Position numbers and translations under genes: made by a program
NCBI GenBank assembly: GCA_009914755.4
Contig: CP068257.2
Location: 8,832,001 to 8,896,000, forward strand
DNA: 64,000 nt
Source: the human T2T-CHM13v2.0 reference genome, Homo sapiens
Direction: 5' to 3'
The notes under the pieces: model-generated
What the model was told of the DNA's origin: nothing
The model's input: only the letters and a program-made list of their open reading frames with translations
The model's database searches: none
Part shown: piece after piece, positions 57,469-64,000 of the stretch
Position numbering within the stretch: position 1 is the stretch's first letter
Layout: every line of letters starts with the position of its first letter

Positions 57469-58506
57469 GCCTCAAAGCAGTCCAAATATCCACTTGCAGA
57501 TTCTACGAAACGAGTGTTTCAAAACTGCTCTATGACAAGGTATGTTCAAATCTGTGAGTTGAATGCACACATCACAAAGAACTTTCTGAGAATGCATCTG
57601 TCTAGTTTTTATGTAAAGATATTCCTGTTTCCAAAGAAAACCTAAAAGCAGTCCAAATATCCACTTGCAGATTCTACGAAAAGAGTGTTTCAAAACTCCT
57701 CTATGAAAAGGTATTTTCAACTTTGTGAGTTGAATGCAAACAGCACAAAGAAGTTTCTCAGAATGCTTCTGTCTGACTTTTATGTGAAGATATTTTCTTT
57801 CTCACCATAGGCCTCAAAGCTCTCCAAATGTCCACTTGCCGATTCTTCAAAAAGAGTGTTTCAAGACTGGTCTATGAAAAGAAAGGTTCAAGTCTGTGAG
57901 TTGAATGCCCACATCACAAAGAAGTTGCTGAGAATGCTTTTGTCTAGTTTTTATTTGAAAATATTCACATTTCCAAAGAAGGCCTGAGAGCGTTCCAATT
58001 ATCCATTTGCATATTCTACCAAAAGAGTTTTCCAAAACTGCTCTATGAAAAGGTATGTCCATCTCTGTGAGTTGAATGCAAACATAACAAAGTAGGTACT
58101 GAGAATGTTTCTGTCTAGTTTTCATGGGAAGGTATTTCCATTTCCACCATATGCTTCAAAAGTCTCCAAATGTCCACTTGCAGATCCTATAAAAACAGTG
58201 TTTCAAAACTGCTCTATCAAAAGAAAGGTTCAACTCTCTGAGTTGAATGCCCCCATCACAAAGGTGTTTCTGAGAATGCTTCTGTCTAGTTTTTATGTGA
58301 AGATATTCCCGTTTCCAACGAGGTCCTTAAAGCAGTCCAAATATCCTCTTGCAGATTCTACAAAAAGAGTGTTTCAAAACTGCTCTATGAAAAGTTATTT
58401 TCAACTCTGTGAGTTGAATGCAAATATCACAAAGATGTTTTTGAGAATGCTTCTGTCCAGTTTTTATGTGAAGATATTTCCTTTTCCACTGTAGGCCTCA
58501 AAGCTC

Positions 58507-61500
58507 TCTTGGCTTTGCACTTGCAGATTCTACAAAAAGAATGTTTCAAACTGCTCCTTCAAAAGAGTGGTTCAGCTCTGTGAGTTGAATGGCCTCATCA
58601 CAAAGAAGTTTCTGAGGATGCTTCTGTCTAATTTTTATGTTAAGATATTTCTGTTTCCACTGAAGGCCTCAAAGCAGTCCAAATATCCCCTTGCAGATAC
58701 TACGAAAAGAGTTTTTCAAAACTGCGCTATGAAAAGGTATTTCATCTCTGTGAGTTGAATGCAAACATCACAAAGAAGTTTCTGAAAATGCTTCTGTCTT
58801 CTTTTTATGTGAAGGTATATCATTTTCCACCATAGGCCTCAAAGCTTCCCAAATGTCCACTTGCAGATTCTACAAAAAGTCTGTTTCAAAACTGCTCTAT
58901 CAAAAGAAAAGTTCAACTCTCTGAGTTGAATGCACATATCACAAAGAAGTTTCTGAGAATTCTTCTTTCTAGATTTTATGTGAAGGTATTCCCGTTTCCA
59001 ACAAAGGCCTCAAATCAGTCCAAATAACCACTTGTGGATTCTACGAAAAGAGTGTTTCAAAACTGCTCTATGAAAAGGTATGTTCAACTCTGTGAGTTGA
59101 ATGCAAACATCACAGAGGAGATTCTGAGAATGCTTCTGTCCAGTTTTTATGTGGAGATATTTCCTTTTCCACCATAGGCCTCAAAGCTCTCCAAATGACC
59201 ACTTGCAGATGCTACAAAAACAGTGTTTCAAAACTGTTCTATGAAAATAAAGGTTAACACTGTGAGTTGAATGCAAACATCGCAAAGAAGTTTCTGAAAA
59301 TGCTTCTGTCTGGTTTATATGTGAAGGTATATCATTTTCCACCATAGGCCTCAAAGCTCTCCAAAAGAACACTTGCAGATGCTACCAAAACAGTGTTTAC
59401 AAACTGCCCTATCAAAATAAAGGTTAACACAGTGAGTTGAATGCAATCATCACAAAGTAGTTGCTGAGAATGCTTCTGTCTCGTTTTTATGTGAAGATAT
59501 TCTCGTTTACAATGAAGGCCTCAAAGCATTCCAAATATACACTTGCAGATTCTACGAAAAGACTGCTTCAAAACTGCTCTATGAAAAGGTGTGTTCAACT
59601 CTGTGAGTTGAGTGCAAGCGTCACAAAGAAGTTTCTGAGAATCTTTGTGTCTGGTTTTTATGTGAAGATATTTCCTTTTCCACCGTAGGCCTCCAAGCTC
59701 TCCAAATGTCCACTGGCAGATTCTACAAAAAACGGTTTTTCAAAACTGCTCTATCAATAGAAAGCTTCAACTCTGTGAGTTGAATTCACACATCACAAAG
59801 AAGTTTCTGAGAATGCTTCCGTCTAGTTTTTATGTGAAGATATTCCTCTTTCCAACGAAGGCCTCAAAGCAGTCCAAATATCCATTTGCAGATCCTACGA
59901 AAAGAGTGTTTCAAAACTGCTCTATGAAAAGGTATGTTCAACTCTGTGAGTTGAATGCAAACGTCACAAACAAGTTTCTGAGAATGCTTCTGTCTAGTTT
60001 TTATGTGAAGATATTTCCTTCTCCACCACAGGCCTCGAAGCTCTGAAAATTTCCACATGCAGATTCTAAAAAAACAGTGCTTCAAAACAGCTCTATCAAA
60101 AGAAAGGTTCAGCTCTGTGAGTTGAATGCACACATCACAAAGAAGGCTCTGAGAATGCTTCTCTCTAGTTTTTATGTGAAGATATTCCCGTTTACAAAGA
60201 AGGCCTCAAAGCACTCAATATATCCACTTGCAGATTCTAAAAAAACAGTGCTTCAAAACAGCTCTATCAAAAGAAAGGTTCAGCTCTGTGAGTTGAATGC
60301 ACACATCACAAAGAAGGCTCTGAGAATGCTTCTCTCTAGTTTTTATGTGAAGATATTCCCGTTTACAAAGAAGGCCTCAAAGCACTCCATATATCCACTT
60401 GCAGATTCTACAAAAAGAGTGTTTCAAAACTGCTCTGTGAAAAGGTATGTTCAACTCTGTGGGTTGAATGCAAACAATACAAAGAAGTTTCTGAGAATGC
60501 TTCCATCTGGTTTTTATGTGAAGGTATTTCCTTTTCCACCACAGGCCTCAAAGCTTTCCAAATGTCCACTTGCAGATTCTACAAAAAGAGTGTTTAAAAA
60601 CTGCTCTATCAAAAGGAAGATTCAACTCTTTGTGTTGAATGTGCAGATCACAAAGAAGTTTCTGAGAATGCTTCTGTCTAGTTTTTATGTGGAGATATTC
60701 CCGTTTCCAACGAAGGCCTCTAAGCAGTACAAATATCCGCTTTGCAGATTTTGCGAAAAGAGTGTTTCCAAACTGCTCTATCAACAGAAAGGTTCAACTC
60801 TGTGAGTTGAATGCACACATCACAAAGAAATTTCCCAGAATTCTTCTGTCTAGTTCTTATGTGAAGATATTCCCGTTTCCGATGAAGGCCTCAAAGCAGT
60901 CCAAATATCCACTTGCAGATTCTACGAAACGAGTGTTTCAAAACTGCTCTATGACAAGGTATGTTCAAATCTGTGAGTTGAATGCACACATCACAAAGAA
61001 CTTTCTGAGAATGCATCTGTCTAGTTTTTATGTAAAGATATTCCTGTTTCCAAAGAAAACCTAAAAGCAGTCCAAATATCCACTTGCAGATTCTACGAAA
61101 AGAGTGTTTCAAAACTCCTCTATGAAAAGGTATTTTCAACTTTGTGAGTTGAATGCAAACAGCACAAAGAAGTTTCTCAGAATGCTTCTGTCTGGTTTTT
61201 ATGTGAAGATATTTTCTTTCTCACCATAGGCCTCAAAGCTCTCCAAATGTCCACTTGCAGATTCTTCAAAAAGAGTGTTTCAAGACTGGTCTATGAAAAG
61301 AAAGGTTCAAGTCTGTGAGTTGAATGCCCACATCACAAAGAAGTTTCTGAGAATGCTTTTGTCTAGTTTTTATTTGAAGATATTCACATTTCCAACGAAG
61401 GCCTGAAAGCGTTCCAATTATCCATTTGCATATTCTACCAAAAGAGTTTTCCAAAACTGCTCTATGAAAAGGTATGTCCGTCTCTGTGAGTTGAATGCAA

Positions 61501-61925
61501 ACATAACAAAGTAGGTACTGAGAATGTTTCTGTCTAGTTTTCATGGGAAGGTATTTCCATTTCCACCATATGCTTCAAAAGTCTCCAAATGTCCACTTGC
61601 AGATTCTATAAAAACAGTGTTTCAAAACTGCTCTATCAAAAGAAAGGTTCAACTCTCTGAGTTGAATGCCCACATCACAAAGGTGTTTCTGAGAATGCTT
61701 CTGTCTAGTTTTTATGTGAAGATATTCCCGTTTCCAACGAGGTCCTTAAAGCAGTCCAAATATCCTCTTGCAGATTCTACAAAAAGAGTGTTTCAAAACT
61801 GCTCTATGAAAAGTTATTTTCAACTCTGTGAGTTGAATGCAAATATCACAAAGATGTTTTTGAGAATGCTTCTGTCCAGTTTTTATGTGAAGATATTTCC
61901 TTTTCCACTGTAGGCCTCAAAGCTC
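58507..61925 (-). repeat. HOR copy 3, 3419 bp (about 20 monomers)
   Basis: Monomer X appears twice (60140, 60310) and Y once. It also lacks 2 monomers present in copies 1 and 2 between the two 'ccaaatgaccacttgcagatgctacaaaaacagtg' monomers, which are spaced 170 bp apart here versus 510 bp in copy 1. Confidence 0.9.
60699..60715 (-). promoter_or_regulatory. CENP-B box, HOR copy 3 (the only intact one in this copy)
   Basis: Plus strand 'tcccgtttccaacgaag'. The paralogous second box at about 60871 reads 'cccgtttccgatgaagg' (CGAA>TGAA), so it is broken. Confidence 0.75.
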
Positions 61926-64000
61926 TCTTGGCTTTGCACTTGCAGATTCTACAAAAAGAATGTTTCAAACTGCTCCTTCAAAAGAGTGGTTCACCTCTGT
62001 GAGTTGAATGGCCTCATCACAAAGAAGTTTCTGAGAATGCTTCTGTCTAATTTTTATGTTAAGATATTTCTGTTTCCACTGAAGGCCTCAAAGCAGTCCA
62101 AATATCCCCTTGCAGATACTACGGAAAGAGTTTTTCAAAACTGCGCTATGAAAAGGTATTTCATCTCTGTGAGTTGAATGCAAACATCACAAAGAAGTTT
62201 CTGAAAATGCTTCTGTCTTCTTTTTATGTGAAGGTATATCATTTTCCACCATAGGCCTCAAAGCTTCCCAAATGTCCACTTGCAGATTCTACAAAAAGTC
62301 TGTTTCAAAACTGCTCTATCAAAAGAAAAGTTCAACTCTCTGAGTTGAATGCACATATCACAAAGAAGTTTCTGAGAATTCTTCTTTCTAGATTTTATGT
62401 GAAGGTATTCCCGTTTCCAACAAAGGCCTCAAATCAGTCCAAATAACCACTTGTGGATTCTACGAAAAGAGTGTTTCAAAACTGCTCTATGAAAAGGTAT
62501 GTTCAACTCTGTGAGTTGAATGCAAACATCACAGAGGAGATTCTGAGAATGCTTCTGTCCAGTTTTTATGTGGAGATATTTCCTTTTCCACCATAGGCCT
62601 CAAAGCTCTCCAAATGACCACTTGCAGATGCTACAAAAACAGTGTTTCAAAACTGTTCTATGAAAATAAAGGTTAACACTGTGAGTTGAATGCAAACATC
62701 GCAAAGAAGTTTCTGAAAATGCTTCTGTCTGGTTTATATGTGAAGGTATATCATTTTCCACCATAGGCCTCAAAGCTCTCCAAATGAACACTTGCAGATG
62801 CTACCAAAACAGTGTTTCAAAACTGCCCTATCAAAATAAAGGTTAACACAGTGAGTTGAATGCAATCATCACAAAGTAGTTGCTGAGAATGCTTCTGTCT
62901 CGTTTTTATGTGAAGATATTCTCGTTTACAATGAAGGCCTCAAAGCATTCCAAATATACACTTGCAGATTCTACGAAAAGAGTGCTTCAAAACTGCTCTA
63001 TGAAAAGGTGTGTTCAACTCTGTGAGTTGAGTGCAAGCGTCACAAAGAAGTTTCTGAGAATCTTTGTGTCTGGTTTTTATGTGAAGATATTTCCTTTTCC
63101 ACCGTAGGCCTCCAAGCTCTCCAAATGTCCACTGGCAGATTCTACAAAAACGGTTTTTCAAAACTGCTCTATCAATAGAAAGCTTCAACTCTGTGAATTG
63201 AATTCACACATCACAAAGAAGTTTCTGAGAATGCTTCCGTCTAGTTTTTATGTGAAGATATTCCTCTTTCCAACGAAGGCCTCAAAGCAGTCCAAATATC
63301 CATTTGCAGATCCTACGAAAAGAGTGTTTCAAAATTGCTCTATGAAAAGGTATGTTCAACTCTGTGAGTTGAATGCAAACGTCACAAACAAGTTTCTGAG
63401 AATGCTTCTGTCTAGTTTTTATGTGAAGATATTTCCTTCTCCACCACAGGCCTCGAAGCTCTGAAAATTTCCACATGCAGATTCTAAAAAAACAGTGCTT
63501 CAAAACAGCTCTATCAAAAGAAAGGTTCAGCTCTGTGAGTTGAATGCACACATCACAAAGAAGGCTCTGAGAATGCTTCTCTCTAGTTTTTATGTGAAGA
63601 TATTCCCGTTTACAAAGAAGGCCTCAAAGCACTCAATATATCCACTTGCAGATTCTAAAAAAACAGTGCTTCAAAACAGCTCTATCAAAAGAAAGGTTCA
63701 GCTCTGTGAGTTGAATGCACACATCACAAAGAAGGCTCTGAGAATGCTTCTCTCTAGTTTTTATGTGAAGATATTCCCGTTTACAAAGAAGGCCTCAAAG
63801 CACTCAATATATCCACTTGCAGATTCCACAAAAAGAGTGTTTCAAAACTGCTCTGTGAAAAGGTATGTTCAACTCTGTGGGTTGAATGCAAACAATACAA
63901 AGAAGTTTCTGAGAATGCTTCCATCTGGTTTTTATGTGAAGGTATTTCCTTTTCCACCACAGGCCTCAAAGCTTTCCAAATGTCCACTTGCAGATTCTAC
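61926..64000 (-). repeat. HOR copy 4 (partial, truncated by the window end), same structural type as copy 3
   Basis: It has the same 170-bp spacing of the 'atgaccacttgcagatgctac' / 'atgaacacttgcagatgctacc' monomers (62610, 62780) and two X monomers (63550, 63720) followed by Y (63800). Confidence 0.85.

Larger units (their letters stand above)
54750..58506 (-). repeat. HOR copy 2, 3757 bp (about 22 monomers)
   Basis: Monomer X appears once (about 56716). Monomer Y ('ctgtgaaaaggtatgttcaactctgtgggttgaatgcaaacaatacaaag...ccaccacaggcctcaaagctt.ccaaatgtcc') appears twice in tandem (about 56850 and 57020). Otherwise collinear with copy 1; ORF offsets match to within 1 bp. Confidence 0.9.
50300..64000 (-). 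repeat. Homogeneous alpha-satellite higher-order repeat array (A/B dimer-based), 3 complete copies plus 1 partial copy; runs off the right window edge
   Basis: The marker 'tcttggctttgcacttgcag' occurs at 50481, 54750, 58507 and 61926. The copies are near-identical along their length; ORF-track peptides from successive copies are identical or differ by 1-3 residues. Similarity to the preceding divergent array begins only around 50340. Confidence 0.95.

Noticed and set aside
45324-64000. Naming the chromosome-specific HOR (D#Z# locus)
   Set aside because: An A/B dimeric family is consistent with suprachromosomal family 1 or 2. A 20-25-mer unit does not match any HOR I can recall with confidence from sequence alone. 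It needs comparison to the T2T cenSat or HOR library.

Overview
This window is not prokaryotic and carries no conventional genes. It is primate (most likely human or other hominoid) centromeric/pericentromeric alpha-satellite DNA with ~171-bp monomers. The satellite is a mosaic of subfamily blocks separated by four strand switches, at about 8331, about 12196, about 21084 and at the LINE-1 at 39280-45323. Taking '+' as the conventional alpha consensus orientation, the blocks are 288-8330 (-), 8331-12195 (+), 12196-21083 (-), 21084-39279 (+) and 45324-64000 (-). All monomers left of the LINE-1 are A-type ('tttccttttccaccatagg'), with no CENP-B boxes. An essentially full-length but inactivated LINE-1 (39280-45323, minus strand) sits exactly at the last strand switch and has no recognisable target-site duplication. 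A 5'-truncated fragment of an older LINE-1 occupies 1-287. To the right of the LINE-1 the satellite changes to an A/B-type dimeric family. This family is divergent at first (45324 to about 50300), then becomes a homogeneous higher-order repeat (HOR) array from about 50300 to 64000. Successive HOR copies are 25, 22 and 20 monomers long (4269, 3757 and 3419 bp). The length differences come from copy-number changes of individual monomers or dimers. Only about 2 of 10-12 B-type monomers per copy keep an intact CENP-B box. Almost every ORF in the supplied six-frame track lies inside the satellite, on both strands, and these are artefacts. The only ORFs of real protein origin are the LINE-1 ORF1, ORF2 and antisense ORF0 remnants. 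I cannot assign the chromosome from sequence alone. I see no undescribed system. The interesting content is structural: HOR variants, inversion junctions, an LINE-1 at a strand switch, and CENP-B box decay.
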